Below, one piece after another: positions 45,880-54,919 of a DNA stretch of 64,000 nt. The notes beneath the pieces are model-generated. The model worked only from the letters and a program-made list of their open reading frames with translations. It searched no databases and was not told the origin of the DNA. This DNA comes from Gemmatimonadota bacterium. Its GTDB lineage: Bacteria > Gemmatimonadota > Gemmatimonadetes > Longimicrobiales > Gaopeijiaceae. The stretch's first letter is position 1, and every line of letters starts with the position of its first letter. The position numbers and the translations under genes are program-made. Location: assembly GCA_028874905.1 (NCBI GenBank), contig JAPPGZ010000078.1:3595-67594 (forward strand). Reading direction: 5' to 3'.

Positions 45880-48800
45880 TCCGGACAATGTTTGTGGTGA
45901 GATGGACCGCGGCATCGTCATCCGCCACTTCCTCGGAGGGGAGAAGCCGCTCGGCGATGACCGCAAGGAGCGCCGAGAGCCCTCTCTTCTCCGACCCCAC
46001 TGTAGCTACTAACTGGCCCATGGCCCTGTCAAGGACATCGATGACCATTTGCTGATCGCGATCGTCGACGCCGACAAGCGCAACGTGCTCTCTGCCGTCG
46101 GGACGAGTGAGCGTCACGCGGAAGGGTTTGAACGGCCCTCCACCATCAGCACTCTGGTTGGCGTGGAGGGCCACGAGCCTTAGGAACGCCTCCACCCGGC
46201 GACCCAGCACGTGCCGAAACCGGGCGCGATCCCGATCGGTCCATTCAGACGGTGCTTTCTCGGCAACCACAGTCGCGATCGTGTCGACCCAGTCGGCGTC
46301 GGCACTCAGGGTGTCGTTGGCGAGCGAGAGAACGAAAGCCCGAACCTCAGGATCGAGAACCTCGTCCTCGAGGGACTTGGCGAAACCGGTAATCGCCTTG
46401 CGGGATGTCTCACCGCTCGCGTGCAGTAGATCTTGGAATAGCTGCTCAAGCAGCCTGTCCGCACAGCCGACGAGCTCGTCCACAGCGTCAACGAGCCGGG
46501 CGGCGTAGGTGCCGGCCGCCGGGTAGCTGGACGCGGACGGCGGGACAGCGGGCATCGTGAGCGCATGCGGCAAGCTCTCGAACAGGAGTTCGTCTGGCTC
46601 CACGGCGGTGAAAAGAGCCTCTTTAGCCCTGACCGTCGCTTCGCTCAAGCTGTCCGTTCTGCGTGTGAAGTTGTCCAAACGCTGAACGCGAGCAACCAAT
46701 TGGCCGACAACGCCCAGAACGTTGGCGACCCGGACCCGGCCGAGTCTTGGCCTCACACCCATTCGCTCGGCGATGGCCTCTACGACCTGGAGGCGTGCGC
46801 CGGTCGTATTGGCAAAGTGCTTGACCTCGAAGTGTCCCGGGTTCCGGACCATTCGCTCAGACAGCTCCGGCGTGAGCACCGGAATGAACGTCCCGTGCTC
46901 GTAGATGGCGACGTCCTCGTCTCGAACCAGCAGTGCCGCAGTCACGAATACCGGTAGGACGCCGCGCTTCATGCCCACAGGGGGAGACAGCAGGCAGGCG
47001 TAGATGTCCCGAAGATTGACTCGACGCCGGGTCGCCCGGCGGAACTCTTCCTCTACCACTCTCCACGCCTCTTGGAGCGTTTGGTCGGTCGGCGGGCCGA
47101 AGATCCAACTGGACTCCTGCGGCTCGAACCTGTGAAGTCCGGTTCTCGCGAGGAAAGCCCGGTACATCGCGACATCCGGGCCGTGGCCCGCCAAGCCCAA
47201 TTGCCCAGTGTCGCCCCTCTCTATCATGCCTTCCAGAAGCATGCGGCGCGCCTTCGCTCCCTGTGAGGTCACGGTCGTGCGATTGAGGACTTCGTTGCCC
47301 ACAGACGGGGTGGACCCGTAAGCGATGTCACACGCGTTGGAAATGGGCGCGCTTCCGCGTCCGCTCTTCAGGTCGCGACCCCCCGAGGCGTCCACTAATT
47401 TCCACCGGCAACGACCGGTCCCAAACGCCTCCACGATCGCGCGGTCAACGTGCATCTGGGCTTGGGCGAATCTCTCGCTGACTTCCTGTCGTGCTACCCA
47501 GTCCTCTTCGACCGTCGGATGCTCCATTACGGACTTCACAGCCACTAGTTCACGCGCGGCCTCGTCCAACGCCGTCAGGTCTTCCGCTAATCCTGCCACT
47601 ACGGGCTTAGATGCCTTGGATGACTTCGCCAGGTGTGGCAGCCCACCTGGACCGACCACGAACAGAGCCTCGCCATCGTAGTCGGAAAATGCGTCGAGCG
47701 GTTCGACGGTTTCTCCACCGGCCACGTACCTTCGGGCAAAAACCCTCAGCACGTCGTGTTTGGCACTGTGCCTCGCGGCCACCATGGGGTTGGCCGTGTC
47801 GGTGTCCGACAGTATTTCGGCGAGCGAGCGGTCTTGCGTTTCCCTCCGAGCCCTGGAAAGGAGCTGATGGATATCGACATCGGTGCCCTGCCAGATGCGG
47901 TACTCGTCGGAGAAATCGCGATAGGTAACCACGCCGGCGGCTTCCAACTTCGGGAGAAGGTCGCTGGCATCAGGCTCCAACTCGCCTAGTAGCCGCTTCG
48001 ATGCCCGAAGCACGCCGGTTGTTGAGACGAGGTTGAGGATGGCGATGGCTTTGGCCAGGCGCCGCTGAGCCCCGGTGAGGTTGGGGGCATCGCGCAGACG
48101 CGTTGCGATCTCTGTCCAGCGGCCTTGGTCGACCGGAACGCCCGCCATTGTGCCGTTGGCCACGAAGTAGTCGTAGATGCCGGCCAGTCCCAAGGACGGA
48201 AGCTGGCCCTTTGGTGGTAGCGGGGTCGCGTTCAGGTACGAGGCCGCGCTGGCTGGGTCGGCGCTCGTCAGGAACGAGAACAGCGTTCGTTCGTGCTGCC
48301 CATATCGGTTACACAACTCTGGCAGGACGGCCGCTGCCAGGGGATGAAGTGGATAGCAGGACGCTACGACATCAGGGTCACTCGTTTCCGAGATGCCTAG
48401 TGTGCGCATCGTAGCGGACTGCCGATCGGCCCACTCGTCGATACGATCGCGGACTCCACCGTCTGTCTGAAACACGGTTCCGATAAGCGCCCGGGTCTGG
48501 CTTGCTGATTCGACGTAGGCCATGGACTCGAAGCGCCCCTGCACCTTTGCCCACTCCCGGCGTTGCGGTCCTTCCGTGTGCGACAGATAGTCTTCGAAGG
48601 AAAGGTGCTGCAACGTCATCAGGAAGATGGGGAGGCCTGAGCCTTGCCCGGCTTCGGCGAGTTGCTGAAGCAGATAGGGGTCCCCTTCGCTGCTGTCGGC
48701 GATCGCTTCTAGGTTCTTTCCGAATTCGTCGATCACCAGGAAAAAGGGCCCGTCACTAGCCAGGCACTTCGCAACCTCTATCAGCGCGGCTGGCGAGGGG

Positions 48801-49333
48801 CCAGTACGGCGGGGATCGTCGCTAGCCGCGTCACTGAGTGCCGTCTTGAGCGCGTCCGCGGCTGGGAAGCGGCGACGGGAGGGAATCCGGCCGAAAGCCG
48901 CCAACACGGCACTGTGGAGTCCCTTAAGTACAGTGAGATTCAATGGTTCACGCGATGCAGTCACCAAGCCCCGATGGAATCCGGTTTCCTGCGTTCCGTG
49001 ATTGTCGTGAGCCATCCACACGGAATCTGCCATGTCCGGGTCTGCCGCTTCCACGAGCCCGACTGCTGCATCCCGCGTTGCCCCGTCGGGCCCGAGTAGT
49101 CCGTCCAACAGCAGGGCTAGTGACGACTTGCCCGAGCCGTACGGGCCGGTAAGGGACCAAGCCCCTCCCGCCTGATGGGTTGCGGCCACGGTGAGAATCC
49201 GATCAACGGCTTCGAGCGCTCGCGCTGTAACGACATAGCCCTCGAGAGGTTGAGACTGGCGGGAATCTCGCTCGAGATTCGCGGACCGTGCGAAGCGTGG
49301 CAGGATTCGAACATGATCGCCGAGTGTCGGCAT
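45872..49333 (-). CDS. sspC: Large P-loop ATPase (SspC-like)
   Basis: Walker A GPYGSGKSSLAL and Walker B-like FFLVIDEFGKNLE. Size of 1153 aa. Position between the DUF4007 and PAPS-reductase-like genes. Confidence 0.7.
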   Translation of the reverse strand: MPTLGDHVRILPRFARSANLERDSRQSQPLEGYVVTARALEAVDRILTVAATHQAGGAWSLTGPYGSGKSSLALLLDGLLGPDGATRDAAVGLVEAADPDMADSVWMAHDNHGTQETGFHRGLVTASREPLNLTVLKGLHSAVLAAFGRIPSRRRFPAADALKTALSDAASDDPRRTGPSPAALIEVAKCLASDGPFFLVIDEFGKNLEAIADSSEGDPYLLQQLAEAGQGSGLPIFLMTLQHLSFEDYLSHTEGPQRREWAKVQGRFESMAYVESASQTRALIGTVFQTDGGVRDRIDEWADRQSATMRTLGISETSDPDVVASCYPLHPLAAAVLPELCNRYGQHERTLFSFLTSADPASAASYLNATPLPPKGQLPSLGLAGIYDYFVANGTMAGVPVDQGRWTEIATRLRDAPNLTGAQRRLAKAIAILNLVSTTGVLRASKRLLGELEPDASDLLPKLEAAGVVTYRDFSDEYRIWQGTDVDIHQLLSRARRETQDRSLAEILSDTDTANPMVAARHSAKHDVLRVFARRYVAGGETVEPLDAFSDYDGEALFVVGPGGLPHLAKSSKASKPVVAGLAEDLTALDEAARELVAVKSVMEHPTVEEDWVARQEVSERFAQAQMHVDRAIVEAFGTGRCRWKLVDASGGRDLKSGRGSAPISNACDIAYGSTPSVGNEVLNRTTVTSQGAKARRMLLEGMIERGDTGQLGLAGHGPDVAMYRAFLARTGLHRFEPQESSWIFGPPTDQTLQEAWRVVEEEFRRATRRRVNLRDIYACLLSPPVGMKRGVLPVFVTAALLVRDEDVAIYEHGTFIPVLTPELSERMVRNPGHFEVKHFANTTGARLQVVEAIAERMGVRPRLGRVRVANVLGVVGQLVARVQRLDNFTRRTDSLSEATVRAKEALFTAVEPDELLFESLPHALTMPAVPPSASSYPAAGTYAARLVDAVDELVGCADRLLEQLFQDLLHASGETSRKAITGFAKSLEDEVLDPEVRAFVLSLANDTLSADADWVDTIATVVAEKAPSEWTDRDRARFRHVLGRRVEAFLRLVALHANQSADGGGPFKPFRVTLTRPDGREHVALVGVDDRDQQMVIDVLDRAMGQLVATVGSEKRGLSALLAVIAERLLPSEEVADDDAAVHLTTNIVRNA

Positions 49334-50325
49334 TACGAGTCTCCGGCCGCCGCGAGGGCTAGTTGGCTCGGTTGCTTGCGTTCGGACGCGCTAGCACCTG
49401 GCACGCCGTAGTAGTCATCGAGGATTCGCCGCCCTAGCCCTTCGCGCTCGTCGGCCCAAGCGAGTTGGACACCCCCGGTCGCGGTGACCAGATCCAGTCC
49501 GGGGGTCCGTTCCACGGTGGCCTCAAGGCCCGTAAGCATCTCGGACTCGCTTAGCACGAATGCTCTACCAGGAGAGCCCGGCGCCAAGGCCAGTCGGCTC
49601 AGGGCGACCGTGTTGCCGCCTATGCCGATGCGAGTGAGGTAGTCCAAGGCCGAATACGCAAGCACTTCTGAGGGCAAGGTGATCTTTGTTCCCACCGTGA
49701 ACCGGTACCGCCCCAAACCGGGCGACCGGCCGATCAGGTTCAGTTCACGGAGCGGACAGTCGAGAATGTCGTCGATCGGGACGCGACCCCGCTGTTCGCG
49801 GGGCGCGTACGTGCGGAGCAACGCGCCAACGTCCTTCTTGATTGATGAGGTGTGTGGCTTTCGCCACTCGGCGGCCAGGTCGAGCTGCGTGTCGACCGCG
49901 GCCTGCAGATCGTCCTCCGTAAACTCCACAGCGTGGAATTCATTGAAGGCGAGCCACCAGATCGGCACGTGACTTGGTGGAGCCAGGAGCAACCAGTGGA
50001 GTAACCAGAGGGTGCCCGGGTCCTCCATGTATTGGTCCCATCCACCATCACCGAACAACGCGTCACCCAACGGCGTCGTCACCAGCTCCGGGGATCTTGG
50101 GGTGGGAGAGTCGGGATCCTCTGCAATCAGCTTGGCGGCTAGCCCCCAGAAGCGAATCGCCCGAACCATGTTCTTTCCCACCCCGATCCGAACTGGTGCG
50201 TCGTCGCCGAAGAAGGCACGTGGGTTGGAGGCCACTTGGGCGTACGCCTTCCGGAACCAACCGTAGCGAGGGTGGAAGGTCTCGTGTCTGGCGAACATCG
50301 GGACCGCAGCATCGACCAGTCTCAT
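49333..50325 (-). CDS. sspB: DUF4007 family protein (SspB-like)
   Basis: N-terminal ARHETFHPRYGWFRKAY...VGKNMVRAIRFWGLAAKLI is the DUF4007 signature. TAATG junction with the next gene. Confidence 0.8.
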   Translation of the reverse strand: MRLVDAAVPMFARHETFHPRYGWFRKAYAQVASNPRAFFGDDAPVRIGVGKNMVRAIRFWGLAAKLIAEDPDSPTPRSPELVTTPLGDALFGDGGWDQYMEDPGTLWLLHWLLLAPPSHVPIWWLAFNEFHAVEFTEDDLQAAVDTQLDLAAEWRKPHTSSIKKDVGALLRTYAPREQRGRVPIDDILDCPLRELNLIGRSPGLGRYRFTVGTKITLPSEVLAYSALDYLTRIGIGGNTVALSRLALAPGSPGRAFVLSESEMLTGLEATVERTPGLDLVTATGGVQLAWADEREGLGRRILDDYYGVPGASASERKQPSQLALAAAGDS

Positions 50326-51582
50326 CTAATCGAGCCCCGACAGACTGCGAACGCGCGTGACGGCCTCTGCTGTTCGGTCCAGTGCCACTTCGATGTCCTG
50401 TTCGGTCGTGAAGCGTCCGAAGCTAAATCGGACGCACTCGAACGCTGCCTCTCGGGACAGGCCCATGGCCAACAGAACGTCCGACGGCTCGATCGACCCC
50501 GAACTGCATGCGCTGCCCGTTGATGCGGCGACCGGATCCATGTTGGCCACTACGGCGTCCGCGTCAGCACCGTGGAAACGCAGATTGGCTGTATTAGGAA
50601 GGCGGCAATTCACATCTCCGATTTCGCTGACATAAGGCAATCTTGCCTTCAGGGCTTGGGTGAAACGATCACAGAGTCGTCCCACCCTTCGGGATTCCGG
50701 TACGCGTTCTTGGCGGGCAAGATCCGCTGCCACGCCGAGTCCGACGATCCCCGCGACATTTAGCGACCCAGACCGCAGGCCCCGTTCATGGCCCCCGCCG
50801 TGGATCTGCGGGCGCAGCTGGCGGAGAGCCCGGCGGCTGCCGACCAACGCTCCCACTCCACCAGGCCCACAGATCTTGTGGCCGCTTAGCGAGATGAGGT
50901 CGATACCCAACTCTTCCATCTCCAGGGGCATTCGCCCCACGAACTGCGTGACGTCCGAGTGGAGCAGGGCACCGGTCTCGCGAACGATCTCGGAGATCTC
51001 GCTGAGCGGGTTCATCACCCCGGTCTCGGCGTTGGCCGCGATCACCGACACCAACAGGACATCTGGTCCAAGCGATGACTCAAGTGCGGCCAAGTCGATG
51101 AAACCGCCTTCGGTGATCGGAACGATATTTAGGCGAACCAGACCCCGCTCTGCGAGCCACTTTGCGGTGCGCGATACCGACGCATGTTCGGCGGCTGACA
51201 CCAGCATCCTGTCTCGGCCCGCCGGCGCACCTTCCAACGCCCCTCGTAGAGCGAGGTTGTTGGCTTCCGTCGCGCTCGCGGTGAAGACGACGCCGTTTGG
51301 AGAGCCGCCAACCAAGGTCGCGACCTGCTCGCGTGCGTCGTCAACGAGTACCGCCTGACGCCGCCCAAAAGCATGAGTCGATGACGCATTCCCTGATCGT
51401 TTGGTGAGAATCGGGACCATGACATCAGCGACCCGCGGGTCGAGAGGTGCTGACCCGTTGTAGTCGAGGTAGATCTCTCGTTCGATGTCTCGCCCTGGCG
51501 ATTCATGCCGCCCCGTCCGTGGCACCGACACTTCGTCTAGCAACGTTGATACTTCGGACTCAATTCGGGTTACGTTCGGCAT
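50326..51582 (-). CDS. sspA: Cysteine desulfurase (class V aminotransferase; SspA/IscS-like)
   Basis: PLP-lysine SGHKICGPGGVGAL and active-site Cys loop ASTGSACSSG. TAGATG junction with the DUF4007 gene. Confidence 0.9.
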   Translation of the reverse strand: MPNVTRIESEVSTLLDEVSVPRTGRHESPGRDIEREIYLDYNGSAPLDPRVADVMVPILTKRSGNASSTHAFGRRQAVLVDDAREQVATLVGGSPNGVVFTASATEANNLALRGALEGAPAGRDRMLVSAAEHASVSRTAKWLAERGLVRLNIVPITEGGFIDLAALESSLGPDVLLVSVIAANAETGVMNPLSEISEIVRETGALLHSDVTQFVGRMPLEMEELGIDLISLSGHKICGPGGVGALVGSRRALRQLRPQIHGGGHERGLRSGSLNVAGIVGLGVAADLARQERVPESRRVGRLCDRFTQALKARLPYVSEIGDVNCRLPNTANLRFHGADADAVVANMDPVAASTGSACSSGSIEPSDVLLAMGLSREAAFECVRFSFGRFTTEQDIEVALDRTAEAVTRVRSLSGLD

Positions 51583-51655
51583 TATGCCCTATAGAATGGT
51601 GAAATACGGTCCCGTTTGGAAGGGGGGCGGTCCGTCGCCGACACCGAGGTTCCTG

Positions 51656-52543
51656 TCACCTCCCCTGAGCGCACACGATCGCTTTGACGACATTGGCGAG
51701 TTCCGGATCGTCGGCAGGACCGAGGCCAGGGGTCGCTTGGTAAGTTGCAATCTGTTGGAAGACGTGCCGGAGTTGTTGAGATCGCGCTAGAGGTGATCCG
51801 GGGTCCCCGGCAAAATGCCTAGCGAGAGCGAGGAAGAGAGCACTGCGGACATCGTTGGGGACGTTCAGCGGCCCGAACACGGAAAGGCCATCTTTGTCGA
51901 TCAAGCGGGAGATCAGATCTTCCCAAACCGATTTTCCCCTTGTCCGGAAAAGGGAACGGACGCGGTCCGCAACCTCGCTAGTGGCTTCCTCCACCATGCG
52001 CTCTCGCCACCAAGCTCGCGCGAACATGCAATCGACGTAGACGCTGCGGTGGCCCCGGGCTGGCGGAAGCCCGCCCAAACGCCGCAATGCTGTGCGAACG
52101 CAACGGTCGATCGCCAGTGGGGCATCATCAGCGAGGGCTTGATCGATGGCGGATGCACCTGGCAGGGGGTTGGTCGCGGCGAGGTGTGTTGAGTCGATTG
52201 TGCCTGCCCGAACATGGCAAGTGGTCACGTAGCCCCAGAATCCCGAGCAACTAGCCACTTCGGGAGGAACCTCTCCCCATCGCCGATAGAGACTCAATTC
52301 GAGGTTCGGTGGCAACGAACGGAAGTCTCTCTCTGATATCGGATCCTCCCACAGCGGCACCTCTCGGATGCCGTCGACTGGGAGTTCCGACATGTAGTTG
52401 ACAAGCGTGCGCCCGTCTCGGACAGCTTCGAGAAACTCCTTTTGGCGCCGGTCGCCCTTAGCCTCGATGAGCGCCTTCAATCTTCGGCGGTAGGGCTTCT
52501 CACAAAACCGTCTGTAGGGGACTGGCCCGTCGTCCAATTCCAT
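51656..52543 (-). CDS. Hypothetical protein, first gene of the ssp-like transcription unit
   Basis: Same strand, 73 nt upstream of the desulfurase gene. No motif recognised. ATG 52543 is preferred over the TTG at 52642. Confidence 0.45.
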   Translation of the reverse strand: MELDDGPVPYRRFCEKPYRRRLKALIEAKGDRRQKEFLEAVRDGRTLVNYMSELPVDGIREVPLWEDPISERDFRSLPPNLELSLYRRWGEVPPEVASCSGFWGYVTTCHVRAGTIDSTHLAATNPLPGASAIDQALADDAPLAIDRCVRTALRRLGGLPPARGHRSVYVDCMFARAWWRERMVEEATSEVADRVRSLFRTRGKSVWEDLISRLIDKDGLSVFGPLNVPNDVRSALFLALARHFAGDPGSPLARSQQLRHVFQQIATYQATPGLGPADDPELANVVKAIVCAQGR

Positions 52544-52800
52544 CGGAGCACCTCTCGTCCTCGGCGGTTCCGCCAGGATATTGCAGTCCGCGGTTCCCCG
52601 GGAAAGTCTAACGCAGAAGTCAATCAATCCAACAGATGTCAACCTTACTTGTCATTATGTCAATCAAAGTTGACACACGCGGCCGCTCACCAGCTCATCC
52701 GGGAGTGGAAGGAGGTGCCCGACGAAGCCGTGTTCCGGGTCGTTCGGGTGGTGCGGGACGGGGATTGGTAAGTCACTGAACAGAGGAGCAATCGCAGCCA

Positions 52801-53166
52801 ATGATCACGCTTGAGAACAACCGGATGACATTCCGGTTCCGCGAAGTCCGTCCGGACGCCGAGTGCAGCATCGAGTTCCAGCGCACCTTGCGGATTCCGG
52901 ACGATGACCGGTCCTACCCGCTTCCTCCGGGACTCGGCCGCTTTCCCCTCCGCCATGTCGACGACTTCGCGAACCGCCTCTCCGGGAAGACCCTGAACCG
53001 GGGTGGCGTGGTGATGCCCATGCATCAGGCCGAAGCCATGTGGCTGAACTTCGATTCCGGGTATTCGGCGTACCCCTGCGCGGTGAAGGTGTGCGCGGTC
53101 AGCGGCGAGCCCTGGTCCGACCGCCTCGACCCCGATCCGCAGAACTACCTGGTGATCCCCGACTAG
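52801..53166 (+). pseudogene. Conserved hypothetical gene, N-terminal part, ending at an in-frame TAG
   Basis: FQRTLRIPDDDRSYPLPPGLGRFPL...PMHQAEAMWLNF... Same reading frame as 53215-53709. Confidence 0.55.
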
Positions 53167-53214
53167 CCGTGCCTGGATGGGTACTGCGGTGGCCTGCAGA
53201 TATCCGCCTGCCCC

Positions 53215-53709
53215 ATGAAACGCGAAGTGTACGAGAAGCTGCCCGGGCCCACACGCTTGTCTGCCAGCGATGTGGGCGACATTTGCTACAGCCCGTCTCC
53301 CGCCCCTTACCGCGAAATGAGCCTGGCCCCCGGTGCCCAGATGGAGCAGGAGATCTACGACGACGAGTACGGCGTGGACGCGTGGTACGAGCAGCACACG
53401 AGCCGCTGCTTCGTGACCATCGCCAACTCGATGCAGTGGCTGGCGATCACCGGTGAGCACCCGCCCACGACCCCGCCGACGGCGCGTCAGTACACCGACG
53501 CCGGCCTACCCTGGTTCGACTACTACGATGGGGACCGGAAGGCGATCGCTGGCTCGGAGTCGCTGGCCGGGCTGAAGAGTGTGGCCGAAACCGGGCTGGA
53601 GCAGGGGGAGTCACCGCTGGCGGAGAACGACCCGGTTGATGTGCCCGAGGTCCTGCGGTTTACACCGGACGGACAGCGCGTCGTCCGTGAGTTTTCGGGT
53701 CGGGGTTGA
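53215..53709 (+). pseudogene. Conserved hypothetical gene, C-terminal part (continuation of 52801-53166)
   Basis: Same frame. Only one stop (TAG 53164-53166) separates LVIPD from PCLDGYCGG..MKREVYEKL. Confidence 0.55.
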
Positions 53710-53721
53710 AGTCGCGAGACG

Positions 53722-54621
53722 TCAATCCCCCCGCAGGCGCGCCAGGAAGTCCTCGGGCTTATCGCTGTCGAGGATCGCGGCCGCCCAGGCGATCCGGTCC
53801 CCGCCAGGGTCTTCGTCGAGCAACTGTTGCACTTCCTGTACGGTCCGCTGTCCGAACTTCCGTGCGATCAGCTGAGTCAGCACCGCCACCTGCCCCTCCT
53901 GCCTGATCTCGTCCAGGCTGCGCTGGAACTCGGTAACCACCGTGCCCATCGTCCTCGCCTCCTCCAATTGTCGGGTGGGAAACCCCTTCGAACGTAACAT
54001 CGCCTTGACCGACCGGGCCATGAACCGGTTGAAGTCACTGTCGTCGCAGGCTTCGACCAGTGGTCCAAGGACCGCAAGCACCGACCGCATCTGTCCGGCC
54101 GTCGTGACCCCCGAAAGCGCCAGCACGGCCTGTGGCAGGTCCTGCGGGTCTGTCGGCCGGGCCTCTCGAGGCAGCCGGCTCACCACCGTATAGCCGTCTG
54201 GAGCCGAGTGCCGGAACAGGTCGCTCAGCCGCGTCGCCGCGTGCCAGCGGCGGTCTCCGTGGTGCAGCACGAGCGCCACTGCAGCGACCTCCCGTTCCCC
54301 GCGCCCGAGCTCCTTGTCGCTTTGGAACAGGCTCTGGACTGCGAGACAACCGTAGATGGTCGTCCGGAGAGCCATGTGCCGCTCCGGTCGGCCCTGGAAT
54401 TCGAGCAGGAGTACCAAGTCCGTCGTGCCGTCCGTCGTACGGACCCGCCAGGCAGTGTCGGGATGGCGCCGCCGAAGCTTCTCGTCAATCAGTTCCGTGG
54501 GTAGCGGGTGCAGTGTCCGGTAGTCGACGCTGTCGGCCCACTCCGAGACATGTCGGCGGATAAGGAGTTCGATCATCCACGGGTCGGAGAAGAACCTTTT
54601 GAATGCGGCGTCGTCCGCCAA
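53722..54621 (-). CDS. Rpn family recombination-promoting nuclease/putative transposase, copy 3
   Basis: AAFKRFF, PDTAWRVRT..DLVLLLEFQG, LVLHHGDRRW. C-terminal ARKFGQRT...AAAILDSDKPEDF tail. Confidence 0.75.
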   Translation of the reverse strand: MADDAAFKRFFSDPWMIELLIRRHVSEWADSVDYRTLHPLPTELIDEKLRRRHPDTAWRVRTTDGTTDLVLLLEFQGRPERHMALRTTIYGCLAVQSLFQSDKELGRGEREVAAVALVLHHGDRRWHAATRLSDLFRHSAPDGYTVVSRLPREARPTDPQDLPQAVLALSGVTTAGQMRSVLAVLGPLVEACDDSDFNRFMARSVKAMLRSKGFPTRQLEEARTMGTVVTEFQRSLDEIRQEGQVAVLTQLIARKFGQRTVQEVQQLLDEDPGGDRIAWAAAILDSDKPEDFLARLRGD

Positions 54622-54919
54622 CGAAACGGCCTTTGGTCGAGATCACATGGCCCCGCAGGGCACGGAGCCATCATCCTCGCAAAACAGACAGGGCGTTGGC
54701 ATGGCTGGATGGGCCTTTCGCGAGCCCACCGGGCAGCGCCGTGGCCGCGTCATCAACGCCGCCATCCATCTTCTCCGCTCGCAGTTTCTCCCCATCTGTG
54801 CTCGATCCTTGCAGCTACCCACACGGCAGACACTCGCCTCCCATAATCCACTCGCTTGTGCCCGCCACCACCCGCCCGACAACCTCCACCCCGACCCCGT
54901 CCCCCACCAGGAGCCCCTC

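Noticed and set aside
52687-53460. 257-aa minus-strand ORF across the amber-interrupted gene
   Set aside because: Antisense to a frame with recognisable conserved motifs (FQRTLRIPDD.., PMHQAEAMW), and no motif of its own.
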